A stretch of DNA of 63,996 nt, the filler included, from an uncultured Methanosarcinales archaeon (lineage in GTDB: Archaea; Nanobdellota; Nanobdellia; Woesearchaeales; CALCXY01), in assembly GCA_964385185.1 (NCBI GenBank). It is 3 parts of 3 records of this genome, joined end to end, with 100 filler letters (N's around TTAATTAATTAA, not from the genome) between each part and the next. Parts side by side here need not be neighbours in the genome. Positions count along the whole stretch, not along the records: positions 1 to 24,444 come from CAYLOA010000017.1; positions 24,545 to 48,036 come from CAYLOA010000018.1; 1 more part is not named here. The stretch is one strand, 5' to 3'. Of this stretch, positions 18,964 through 28,616 are shown in pieces. The number at the start of each line of letters is the position of its first letter. The stretch's first letter is position 1. The notes beneath the pieces are model-generated. The model saw nothing but the letters and a program-made list of their open reading frames with translations. It made no database searches and was not told the DNA's origin. The translations under genes and the position numbers were made by a program.

Positions 18964-21900
18964 TTATTGTAACTTTTTGTTTATTTTCTTTTTTAATGTA
19001 TTTACTTTCTTCTTAAATTTTCGTACATTATATTTTAATTTTTTTTGTATATTTTTATGAACTGCTTTTATTTTTTTAGTTGTCTTTTTCTGAAACTTCA
19101 ATTGTTTATTATTTATCTTAAAGGGGAGCTTTAGATTTTTGAACTTTACTGCATATGCACCTATTAATGTGAAGAGTATAAGTAATAAAATCAAAGTATT
19201 TTCGTTTAGCCTCCCTGTGAAATTAATAACATTGGCAAAGGCCTTACCAATCAGGTTTGAATTGGAGGAAAGGTGTGGTGATGTGTGGTCTGGATCTTGA
19301 GGGGGGGAATACATGCAAGATTGTTGAATTACTGGTACACCACTGCCACATGTGCCTCTTCGTATGCAAGATCGTAGTTGTGTGGAATCTATAGAGCATG
19401 GACCCCAAATAGAACAGTCCCATCTTGGTGTGCAAGTTGATCTTGAAGTGTGGCTGCCTGAAGTTGAAGAATCTGATGAAGTTGTTGTTGATAGTCCAGG
19501 TTCAACGTTTTCTGTACCGAATACACCAAATGAACTGAAGCTTGTGACATTACCCCAAACATAGTTTAGGTCTTCCTCTACCCCTCCTGGATCTAGGAGA
19601 TCCCACTCTGTGGCATTTTCATTATATTTGTAAAGTCTTAGAGTCGATTCCCTGAGATCTGAGTCTTCAATTTCTTCATCCGTATAATAAATTCTGACTG
19701 TAGCTGTTGTGATATTTTGATTAATAGCAGGATCAACTATAATGTCAATGTATTTTTTCAATTCAGTTACTGTTGTTGGAGTTGATTCCTTAGTATTGTT
19801 TGAATATTGGGCAATCCCCACAGATGCATTCTTAGATATTCCTGAAGAGATTTTTATCCATGTACCTGTTCTATTGGTGGAGTTTACAATAATCGATCTA
19901 TTTGCTCTAAAGCGTACTGATGAGTTCAAAGATGTGTTTATTGAATGAGTAGATAGCGCTACAATTGCACCATTTTCTTGTTCTTGATAATTTCCTGACG
20001 TATCATTTACGATAATATCTAGGACATATGTCCCTGATGATTGAGATGAACTATTCCAACTTCCATTGTATAAACCGTTTAATAAACCTAAGGTGATATT
20101 TAATGAACTATTTTCATCGGGTTTTTGAATATAAGCAGTGACAGTGGAGACGTTATGATTATCTGATGTGTTTACTGAAACATTAAAAATGGTTCCCTTA
20201 AGACCAATAGTAGGTGTAACATCAACTGTGTGAATTATGGGTTTAGTTGTATCTGTAACATTTACAAACATTATTTCTGAATTCTTTTGATTGAGAGTGT
20301 CATTTGCAGTTATGTTTAGCCAGTGATTTTTGAGATCTAAGAATGAATTATTTTGTAGAAGACCTGCGCAATCAATCTGGAAGTTCTCTGTATCATTAAC
20401 TGTGAAACAACTTACATTACTTGGATCGGATGCGTTTATATTGTGAGTAAATGATGTGTTGTATTCTATTGTAAGATTGTTAATATTGTCAAATGTTGGA
20501 GGGGAAATGTCTGGAGTAATATTCACCCACATAATTTCTGATTTGTTGTTGTCTGAGGTATCATTAACAGTGATGTTAAGATTGTAAATGGCTACATTTA
20601 GGATTGTGTTGTTTAGTAGTATACCGTCGCAGTCAATCTGGAAATTATCTGAATCATTTACTTTGTAACAATCTATTGCAATGTTATCGGATGCGCTAAT
20701 GTCATGGCGGAGGGCTGTTCCGAACTCTAGAGTTTGGTTGTTGATGTCATCTATTGTTGGAGGGGAAATGTCTGGAGTAATATTCACCCACATAATTTCT
20801 GATTTGTTGNNNNNNNNNNNNNNNNNNNNNNNNNNNNNNNNNNNNNNNNNNNNNNNNNNNNNNNNNNNNNNNNNNNNNNNNNNNNNNNNNNNNNNNNNNN
20901 NNNNNNNNNGGCGGAGGGCTGTTCCGAACTCTAGAGTTTGGTTGTTGATGTCATCTATTGTTGGTAGAATGCTATCTGAACCTGAAATGATTGAAACATT
21001 CCACCGAATCGTTTGGTTGTTAACTGATTCGTCGGATGTTTTATTTGTTTGGACATAGAATGTGAAGTTCCTTGCTAATTCACCTGTAGCATTTACCCAC
21101 CAAGTCACTATTTCTGACGTGGAGTTGGCTAGAGTTAGGTTGTAGGGATTGGATGTGTTTGTGAAGAAAGGGGTCGCTCCTGTGGTTTTGTTTATTAGTT
21201 GATTCTGTGAACAGTCACTACTACCTGTTGCTGCCCAGCAGATTGCTTGCTTTATAATTTGGGAATCATTTCCTGTTGTGCTAGGATAGGTATCTGCTGT
21301 ATCAAAGCCTAGATAGACAAATGTTCCTTGGTCGGTTCCTGTTGTTGCTGCCCCTTTTTCCACTACGAATCCCGCTATTTTGGCAGCTCCAGAGTCTTCT
21401 GGGGCAAAAAGTTTTGTATATGGATCTGTCATTTGGGCCTCTGTAAAAGAACAAAGGTCATCACTAGTAGAGTCAATATATACTGTTCCAGAAAATCCTG
21501 ACATGATGTTATGGTCTTGGATATCGATAATTTGATTGTCGGAGCTGTCTGTTGAACATGTTGCAGATGTGATTCCCATCCTTTCTGGAGTGTATCCTGT
21601 ATCTAGCGCAACAACTAATGGCATTGCTTCATCCTCAAATGCATCTCTTGCTGGGTCAGACGCTGAGTCGAATGCATAATACCCTACAAGATAATTTCCG
21701 CCCACTACCATTACGTCAAATGCTGAACTGTTTAGGGTTGCATCAGCCCATGAAGTGTATCTTTGGATTGTTATGTCAAATCCTTCGTCAATTAGGTATC
21801 CGCTAAGATCATCTGCGTCGCTACAGGATGAACTGTAACATAGGAATGCAACTCTCACATCACTCGTGTTTCCGTACTTGTTATAGAGACTGACATTTAC

Positions 21901-24444
21901 GTCATCACAATCTCCTCTGTGGCAACTGACATTTACATCTACGTTGAAAAATTCATTTAGGTTTGTTGTGATGTTTGTAGTTGGATTGTCTAGGGTGAGA
22001 CCTAAAAATGGTTTAACAGTCACATTTACAAACATTAGGTTGTAGTTACTGTTGTTTTCTGTATCGTTAATGGAGATGTTGAGCCAATACACTGAGGGGT
22101 CTAGTACTGTGTTATTCTCTAGGTATCCTGTACAGTTAATTTTGAAGTTGTCCGTGTCGTTAAGACTGAAACAACTGATATTTGCTGCATCTGTTGCAAT
22201 GATGTTATATGTAAGAGCGTCTAAGTCGTAGATTGATTGATTGACTATAGTTGTAAATGTTGGAGCTAATGTATCTGAAACATTTACCCACATTACTTCG
22301 GATACTTCGTTGGCCGTTGAGTCATTTGCTGTGATGTTTAGATGGTATTGATAGATATCTAGGATGGTGTTGTTTTCTAGAGTACCAGAACAATTAATCT
22401 TGAAATTAGCTGAGTCGTTCACACTGAAACATTCTACGCCAATTGCATCAGTAGCGTTTATGTTCAATTCAAAGGCAGTTTTGTATTCACTTGTTTTGTT
22501 TGTGATGTTAATTATTGTTGGGGATGAAGTATCTACTGTTACTGTTCTTAGTGTAGTTTCATCTTGATTTCCATTTAGATCTTCTGCTGATATTCTGTAT
22601 GTGTATTCTCCGTCAGGGAGAGTTAGAGTGGTATTCAAACTTTGATTGATAAATAGATTCCAATTATCTGATTGGTATTTTCTTAAGTTTGAAATGTACA
22701 TTTGGTAGACTGCTTCGTCTGATAATCCTCTGTTTAGGATTTGTAGTTCATCGATAGCACCCTTGAAGAATTCGTCACCGCCGTGTACATCTCTCCCGAT
22801 ATTGAAGGGATTGGAATTGTCGACATTATGTATTGATGTTCCTGAATGATTACGTACACCATCAACAAAAATGGACAGATTGGATCCTACACGATTTAGG
22901 GTAATAAAATGCCATTCATTCAGATAGTTTGTGGTGTCAAAGGTTGTTTGTACTTGCAGAGTTCCTTGACCTGAGCCTTGTATATATGATTCTAACACGT
23001 TGTTGATAAGTTGAAGTTCAACATTACCTGAACCGTCTACTCGTTTTCCAATTATCTGCATAGTTCCACTTTCCAGAAAGTTGGTCTTCATCCAGAGATT
23101 AATTGAAAAACCACCTGTTCCAAAGTCGAGTGAGTCATCGTGAGGAATTGCAAGATAGTCATTTGAACCATCCAATTCTATAGCAGATCCATGTCTTCCT
23201 GTTGCATTAAGAGCTAAGATTCCTACAATGGTGAGGTGATTTTCACTTCTGGATAGGTCTGTCACGGTCGAGGCCGTAAGACCGTAGTTTTCTCCTAAGT
23301 CTGTAATATTATCGAAGTTGTACATTGCCACAACTGAATTATTGTAGTATGTGTAGTTTTTTCCATCCCATTCATAGATTACATCTTTGAAGGATTGCTC
23401 TGCGATTGTGATGTTTAATTCAATTCTATCATCCGTTGTGAATGCGTTGTCAACAGGATTAGGGGTTACATATTCTATAACTGGTGCAGTTATATCAAGA
23501 CCAAGTGTTCTATTTGTACTCCAATTATAGTTTCCTTCGTTGTCTTCTATTAAACAATTCCAGGTGTAATTTCCTTCTACTAGAGGAACTGTCCAGTTGC
23601 TGGAATTTAATTGACCCACCTTTGCTGTTGATTGGTTATGAGCGAAACTGCTATTTGTGTAGTCTGTTAAATATAGACTCATATTAAGTAGTGACGTGGT
23701 ATCCCATCCTGTGCAATTGAATGTGACGTTTTGTAGTGAGGCTCCGAATCCGAATCCGTCTGGAGGTGCATCGAGGTAAGAAACAGGAAGATCTGTACCG
23801 ATTTGATGAAATGAGTTTGATGTGCCTGTATAGATAATCCCATTTGCTATGGATGGATTTCTACCACTTGTAAGGCTATAATTTGCAACATGTTGACTTA
23901 TATCATCTGCCTTTAACTGGAAGATGGAGCTTCCTGCAACAATGAGATAATCGTCGGTAATAGTCAAACCTTGGTAGACAGGTCCTGTACTATAATTGGC
24001 TATATGTTGACTAATATTTGATGAATCTAATTGATAGGTTGTTCCTGCAGTGGTTGCAATATAGAGATACCCATTTGCGATTGCTGGGCCAGTTGAGAGA
24101 TCTCCATCGGTGGTAAATTCTTCAATTTTTTGGCTCACATTTGATGCATTTAATTGGTATACCTTATCATTGTTTGTTCCAAAATAGACAAAATTATCGA
24201 CAACTGCTAATGCGTCGGATGTAGCAAATGAACCACCTGCAGTAAATTGGGATTGCTTCACGGAAACGTTTGATGCATTAAGCTGATACACTATTGACCC
24301 ACAAGGATAATACAATGAATCATTTGCGATTGCGGGGGCACTCTTACAGCTACCGACACTTTGAATGGCTATGGTTTGAGATATGTTGCTTGCGTTGAGT
24401 TGGTAGATACCTTGTCCACCCGTACTGTGCCAATCTGTGGCAAA
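18964..24444 (-). CDS. Giant cell-surface glycoprotein, 5'-truncated at contig end
   Basis: Frame open to the gap; YQLNASN propeller-like repeats, LamG-like domain, Ig/cadherin-like repeats, SFSSFGVFG (PGF-pre-PGF-like), Cys module, C-terminal TM and Lys-rich tail; internal N gap 20810-20909. Confidence 0.85.
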   Translation of the reverse strand, partial: FATDWHSTGGQGIYQLNASNISQTIAIQSVGSCKSAPAIANDSLYYPCGSIVYQLNASNVSVKQSQFTAGGSFATSDALAVVDNFVYFGTNNDKVYQLNASNVSQKIEEFTTDGDLSTGPAIANGYLYIATTAGTTYQLDSSNISQHIANYSTGPVYQGLTITDDYLIVAGSSIFQLKADDISQHVANYSLTSGRNPSIANGIIYTGTSNSFHQIGTDLPVSYLDAPPDGFGFGASLQNVTFNCTGWDTTSLLNMSLYLTDYTNSSFAHNQSTAKVGQLNSSNWTVPLVEGNYTWNCLIEDNEGNYNWSTNRTLGLDITAPVIEYVTPNPVDNAFTTDDRIELNITIAEQSFKDVIYEWDGKNYTYYNNSVVAMYNFDNITDLGENYGLTASTVTDLSRSENHLTIVGILALNATGRHGSAIELDGSNDYLAIPHDDSLDFGTGGFSINLWMKTNFLESGTMQIIGKRVDGSGNVELQLINNVLESYIQGSGQGTLQVQTTFDTTNYLNEWHFITLNRVGSNLSIFVDGVRNHSGTSIHNVDNSNPFNIGRDVHGGDEFFKGAIDELQILNRGLSDEAVYQMYISNLRKYQSDNWNLFINQSLNTTLTLPDGEYTYRISAEDLNGNQDETTLRTVTVDTSSPTIINITNKTSEYKTAFELNINATDAIGVECFSVNDSANFKINCSGTLENNTILDIYQYHLNITANDSTANEVSEVMWVNVSDTLAPTFTTIVNQSIYDLDALTYNIIATDAANISCFSLNDTDNFKINCTGYLENNTVLDPSVYWLNISINDTENNSNYNLMFVNVTVKPFLGLTLDNPTTNITTNLNEFFNVDVNVSCHRGDCDDVNVSLYNKYGNTSDVRVAFLCYSSSCSDADDLSGYLIDEGFDITIQRYTSWADATLNSSAFDVMVVGGNYLVGYYAFDSASDPARDAFEDEAMPLVVALDTGYTPERMGITSATCSTDSSDNQIIDIQDHNIMSGFSGTVYIDSTSDDLCSFTEAQMTDPYTKLFAPEDSGAAKIAGFVVEKGAATTGTDQGTFVYLGFDTADTYPSTTGNDSQIIKQAICWAATGSSDCSQNQLINKTTGATPFFTNTSNPYNLTLANSTSEIVTWWVNATGELARNFTFYVQTNKTSDESVNNQTIRWNVSIISGSDSILPTIDDINNQTLEFGTALRXXXXXXXXXXXXXXXXXXXXXXXXXXXXXXXXXXNKSEIMWVNITPDISPPTIDDINNQTLEFGTALRHDISASDNIAIDCYKVNDSDNFQIDCDGILLNNTILNVAIYNLNITVNDTSDNNKSEIMWVNITPDISPPTFDNINNLTIEYNTSFTHNINASDPSNVSCFTVNDTENFQIDCAGLLQNNSFLDLKNHWLNITANDTLNQKNSEIMFVNVTDTTKPIIHTVDVTPTIGLKGTIFNVSVNTSDNHNVSTVTAYIQKPDENSSLNITLGLLNGLYNGSWNSSSQSSGTYVLDIIVNDTSGNYQEQENGAIVALSTHSINTSLNSSVRFRANRSIIVNSTNRTGTWIKISSGISKNASVGIAQYSNNTKESTPTTVTELKKYIDIIVDPAINQNITTATVRIYYTDEEIEDSDLRESTLRLYKYNENATEWDLLDPGGVEEDLNYVWGNVTSFSSFGVFGTENVEPGLSTTTSSDSSTSGSHTSRSTCTPRWDCSIWGPCSIDSTQLRSCIRRGTCGSGVPVIQQSCMYSPPQDPDHTSPHLSSNSNLIGKAFANVINFTGRLNENTLILLLILFTLIGAYAVKFKNLKLPFKINNKQLKFQKKTTKKIKAVHKNIQKKLKYNVRKFKKKVNTLKKKINKKLQ

Positions 24445-24544
24445 NNNNNNNNNNNNNNNNNNNNNNNNNNNNNNNNNNNNNNNNNNNNTTAATTAATTAA
24501 NNNNNNNNNNNNNNNNNNNNNNNNNNNNNNNNNNNNNNNNNNNN
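24445..24544. other. Artificial contig-joining spacer
   Basis: N-run with TTAATTAATTAA (stops in all six frames) at 24489-24500. Confidence 0.97.
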
Positions 24545-24545
24545 T

Positions 24546-25748
24546 GAAGCTGAGGTTCGGACTAAGTTAGGAGTATTTAGAGCCATGGTGCCTTCTGGTG
24601 CAAGTGCTGGGAGTCATGAAGCTTTAGAATTACGAGATACAGGAAAACGATTTCTAGGGAAAGGTGTGGAGAAGGCTGTCCATCATGTTAACGCATCTTT
24701 ACGGAATGCAGTTAAAGGTCATGACGTAACTGATCAAGAAGATATTGATGGAATCATGGTTGACAAAGATGGAACAGAAGATAAATCTAAATTTGGAGCA
24801 AACGCAATCTTGGCAGTAAGTATGGCTGTGTGTAAAGCAGGAGCTGCAGCCAAGAATAAATCTTTGTATTCCTATATTGGAAAGATGTTTGAAGAAAATG
24901 CTCGAGTTATGCCGCTTCCGATGTCGAATGTTATTAATGGTGGTAAGCACGCAGGACAGAAGCATGATGTCCAAGAGCATATGATCATTCCAAAAGGTGC
25001 TAAAAATATTAAAGAAGCTGTTGAGATCATCTCTGAAATTTATCATGTCCTAGGTGGAATGTTAAAAGATAAATATGGCCCAGCTGGTGGTCTTGTGGGA
25101 GATGAAGGTGGTTATGCTCCACCAAGATTAAGAACTATAGAAAAAAGATTTGATTTGATTTTGAAGGCGGCTCATGAAGTGGGACATGAAAGAAAGATTG
25201 CTCTCGGAATAGATGTAGCTGCTAATGAATTGTTAGTGGGGGATTATTATGTGATGGGGCGGAAGAAATACAGTGCTCCTGGACTATTGAAATATTATAA
25301 TCAGTTAATTGATCGGTATCCGTTAGTCAGTATTGAAGATCCTTTTGCCGAGGATGATTGGGAGCATTGGAGATTAATGGAGAAGTATATGGGCAAACGG
25401 ATTCAGATTGTCGGTGATGATTTATTTGTGACGAATACGGAACGGATTATGAAAGGGATTGCCTTAGATGCTGCTAATGCTGTCTTGATTAAGGTGAATC
25501 AAATTGGGACGGTGAGTGAAACGTTAGATGCTTGCGCTATTGCTAAACAGAAAAAATGGAATTTAGTTGTGAGCCATCGTTCAGGGGAGACTGAGGATAG
25601 TTTTATTGCTGATCTGGCTGTTGGAGTGAATGCAGGACAATGTAAATTTGGAGCTCCTGCTCGAAGTGATAGAAATGCTAAGTATAATCAGTTGTTACGG
25701 ATTGAAGAAAGTTTGGGGAGAAAGGCTAAGTTTGGTACATTATTTTAA
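24546..25748 (+). CDS. eno: Enolase, 5'-truncated at contig start
   Basis: EAEV...VPSGAS, GDEGG, SIEDPF, GDDLFVTN, SHRSGETED. Confidence 0.96.
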   Translation, partial: EAEVRTKLGVFRAMVPSGASAGSHEALELRDTGKRFLGKGVEKAVHHVNASLRNAVKGHDVTDQEDIDGIMVDKDGTEDKSKFGANAILAVSMAVCKAGAAAKNKSLYSYIGKMFEENARVMPLPMSNVINGGKHAGQKHDVQEHMIIPKGAKNIKEAVEIISEIYHVLGGMLKDKYGPAGGLVGDEGGYAPPRLRTIEKRFDLILKAAHEVGHERKIALGIDVAANELLVGDYYVMGRKKYSAPGLLKYYNQLIDRYPLVSIEDPFAEDDWEHWRLMEKYMGKRIQIVGDDLFVTNTERIMKGIALDAANAVLIKVNQIGTVSETLDACAIAKQKKWNLVVSHRSGETEDSFIADLAVGVNAGQCKFGAPARSDRNAKYNQLLRIEESLGRKAKFGTLF

Positions 25749-26705
25749 AAGTTCAAGTCTTTTCCAATGATCTTTTTTCTGTTTATTTGATATGTAGGGT
25801 GTTGTTATTTCTTCAGTATCATATAGCGTTTGGATTAATTTGATTATTTTTGGACGGTATCTTTCAGATTGTATAATTGCCACCTCCACCATCCCTATAC
25901 CCATCTTAAGTTCCCTTGCTGTCACTTGGGCGGTATACCCCGTATCAAGCCATTCATACATTTGGGAGGCTTTACTTAGATCTAAAAATTTAAATGTACT
26001 GCCAACTAGTGCCTTGTTCCTTCCCTCTGCTCTTGAGGTATTTGATGTAGTGGTTCTACGAATGTATGCAACCGAAGATTTGGATACACTAGAGAAATAA
26101 CTTACTTCATCAATCGATGCATCCAGTTTAACTACTCTTATAACTGCATCTCGTTTATATTTGGGAGTTTCACCTAAATTTGTTGATAAGCCCATTCTTT
26201 TTAAGATACCCGACACCATCATCAAATAATTTGGAACCTTAAACAATCCTTTTCCCAAGGCTTTTAATGAGGTCATTTCTTGGTTATCTTGTGCATGCTT
26301 GTATCTTTGAAATAGAGTAATTAGCGTAGGCAATGTACCCCATGTTCTGAAAGTATCGGTGGTACCCATTCTTGACGTAGATTTAATAAATTCAACAGCT
26401 TGTTCTTCTGCCCAATTATCCTTAGCTGAAGCAGTAATTTGTGATTCAATTCCGAGGTAGATGGTAGCATATACTTCCCGTTCTCCAGATACAGTATTTA
26501 GTTTTCTTCTTTTTTGATATTCTGCATAGAGATTTCTTGACTTTAAATGTTTTCTTACCTGTTCATGGGAGATGTGTACTTGAAGAGCTAATTTTCGCAG
26601 AGTATCAGGGTTATCTCTAGCTGCAAGTATTTCAAGTTTAGAGTAATCTGGCTCCAGAGACTTTTTTGGTTCTTTAATTTTTTGAGTAGACTTTATTTTG
26701 GGCAT
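25740..26705 (-). CDS. Hypothetical basic protein with HTH-like segments
   Basis: 321-aa ORF; TLRKLALQVHISHEQVRKHL and YTAQVTARELKMG resemble HTH motifs. Confidence 0.65.
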   Translation of the reverse strand: MPKIKSTQKIKEPKKSLEPDYSKLEILAARDNPDTLRKLALQVHISHEQVRKHLKSRNLYAEYQKRRKLNTVSGEREVYATIYLGIESQITASAKDNWAEEQAVEFIKSTSRMGTTDTFRTWGTLPTLITLFQRYKHAQDNQEMTSLKALGKGLFKVPNYLMMVSGILKRMGLSTNLGETPKYKRDAVIRVVKLDASIDEVSYFSSVSKSSVAYIRRTTTSNTSRAEGRNKALVGSTFKFLDLSKASQMYEWLDTGYTAQVTARELKMGIGMVEVAIIQSERYRPKIIKLIQTLYDTEEITTPYISNKQKKDHWKRLELLK

Positions 26706-26811
26706 CTTAGCATCAAATTAGAATGATTCTGGTGTACATATAAAAGTATCTTTATTGTAGAATGAAGATGTAAATAAGAACATTTTTATATCTATATTTG
26801 AGAATATAGGT

Positions 26812-28293
26812 ATGAAAAAGAAGGTTTTACTTGTTGTCCATGATGGTTGGGGGATTGCCCCTAAAGGGAAAGGAAATTGGCTAGAGATGGCTGATAAGCC
26901 ATTTATGGATGGATTGTTAAAGAAGTATCCTCATTGCCAGAATGACGCTGCAGGAGAGGCTGTGGGGCTTCCTAAAGGGACTATGGGAAATTCTGAGGTG
27001 GGCCATCTCCATATTGGTGCGGGAAGGATTGTCTGGCAAGAATTAGCATTAATCAATAATGCAATTAAAGATGGGAGTTTTTTCTCTAATAAGGTTTTAT
27101 TGAATAGTATGGAGAGAGCTAAGGAAAGTAGATTACATCTCATTGGATTGTGTAGTGATAAGGGAGTGCATAGTAGTCTGGAACATTTGTATGCTTTGTT
27201 GGAAATGGCAAAAAAACAAGGTGTTCATAATGTCTATATCCATTTTATAGCTGATGGTCGTGATGCTCCTGAAAAGAGTGCTTTGCACTATGTTAAAGAA
27301 ATTGAAGCGAAGTGTCATGAGATTGATGTGGGAGATATCGCATCTGTTATGGGCAGGTTTTATGCGATGGATAGAGACCATAACTGGAATCGAACCAAGA
27401 TAGCATATGATCTCATTGTTCATGGAAGAGGGAAAAAGGTAGTTGATGCTTCAAGTGCAATTAAAGATGCATATAAGAAACATGTTAAAACAGATTATTA
27501 TCTGAAACCTTATCGTACGGATGCTTTTGTACCGATTGAGAAAGAGGATGTGGTTGTCTTCTTCAATTTCAGGACAGATAGGCCAAGACAGTTAACTAAG
27601 ATGTTGATTGATGGTAAGAAAGATGTGGTTACGATGACTGAGTATGAGGAAGATTTTAGCTGTGATCATGCTTTTGCTGAACCTTCAGTGAGTTGGAACT
27701 TAGGGAATGTGTTGGCTCAGCATAAATTAAGACAATTACGAGTTGCAGAGACAGAGAAATATGCTCATGTCACTTATTTTTTTAATTCTCAAGATGAAGA
27801 ACCATGTAAAGGAGAAGAGAGAATTATGCTTGAAAGTGATAAAGTGAAAAGTTATGATTTAGCTCCTGATATGAAAGCATTTGAGATTACTAAGGAAGTT
27901 GATGCTGCTCTTGATTCTGGAAAGTATGATTTTGTATTGGTTAATTATGCTAACTGTGATTTAGTGGGACATGCTGGTGATAAGGAATCGATAATTAGGG
28001 CTGTTGAAGTTGTTGATGCTTGTACAGAGATGGTTGTTCATGCTGGCTTGAAGAATGGGTATACTGTGTGTATTACTGCAGACCATGGAAATGCTGAGGA
28101 TAAGTTGTATCCTAATGGGAAAGTAAAACCTGCGCATTCTTTGGATCCTGTTCATTTTATATTAGTGAGTGATGATAAGAAGTTGTCTCAGGTTAAATTA
28201 CATAATGGTGGGCAATCAGATGTTGCTCCTACTATTTTGAAGATTATGGGCTTGAAAAAGCCTGATGAAATGACTGGAAAGAGTTTGTTTTAG
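26812..28293 (+). CDS. gpmI: 2,3-bisphosphoglycerate-independent phosphoglycerate mutase
   Basis: GNSEVGH, DGRD, GRFYAMDRD, AETEKYAHVTYFFN, DLVGH, TADHGNAE. Confidence 0.97.
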   Translation: MKKKVLLVVHDGWGIAPKGKGNWLEMADKPFMDGLLKKYPHCQNDAAGEAVGLPKGTMGNSEVGHLHIGAGRIVWQELALINNAIKDGSFFSNKVLLNSMERAKESRLHLIGLCSDKGVHSSLEHLYALLEMAKKQGVHNVYIHFIADGRDAPEKSALHYVKEIEAKCHEIDVGDIASVMGRFYAMDRDHNWNRTKIAYDLIVHGRGKKVVDASSAIKDAYKKHVKTDYYLKPYRTDAFVPIEKEDVVVFFNFRTDRPRQLTKMLIDGKKDVVTMTEYEEDFSCDHAFAEPSVSWNLGNVLAQHKLRQLRVAETEKYAHVTYFFNSQDEEPCKGEERIMLESDKVKSYDLAPDMKAFEITKEVDAALDSGKYDFVLVNYANCDLVGHAGDKESIIRAVEVVDACTEMVVHAGLKNGYTVCITADHGNAEDKLYPNGKVKPAHSLDPVHFILVSDDKKLSQVKLHNGGQSDVAPTILKIMGLKKPDEMTGKSLF

Positions 28294-28514
28294 AGAATAT
28301 AGTGTTTCTTTGACTTTTCTGCTGTTGGTTCTGTTGATTGTTCTGGGACTTCTTTTGTTTCCTTAATATGGAATATCTTCTCTCGTAATGCTTCTGTAGC
28401 TAGCTCTTGGATGTTCTTGTAGCTGTAAGCTGCCATATAGTCTTTAGCTGCATCTAGTAAGGTTGTGGGTAATGTGAGGTTTATTTGCTTCTGTTTTACC
28501 TTTTTTTCTTCCAT
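28290..28514 (-). CDS. Ribbon-helix-helix (CopG-like) protein
   Basis: KQINLTLP strand followed by two helices ending EALREKIF. Confidence 0.7.
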   Translation of the reverse strand: MEEKKVKQKQINLTLPTTLLDAAKDYMAAYSYKNIQELATEALREKIFHIKETKEVPEQSTEPTAEKSKKHYIL

Positions 28515-28536
28515 TTTAGTGGTTCTTTATATATAG

Positions 28537-28561
28537 ATACTAATTAGTATTAATTAATACT
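28537..28561. promoter_or_regulatory. Overlapping palindromes upstream of RHH gene (candidate operator)
   Basis: ATACTAATTAGTAT (28537-28550) and AGTATTAATTAATACT (28546-28561) are perfect palindromes. Confidence 0.45.
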
Positions 28562-28616
28562 TAATAGTATATAAATGTTACGAATGAATGAATAATTGGG
28601 TGAAATGATGTAGAAT

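Noticed and set aside
20708..20965. Identical sequence on both sides of the N gap as a mobile-element duplication
   Set aside because: It corresponds to domain repeats of the surface protein at an unresolved scaffold gap.
24445..24544. TTAATTAATTAA palindrome inside N-runs (also 48037-48136)
   Set aside because: Standard artificial six-frame-stop contig linker, not biological.
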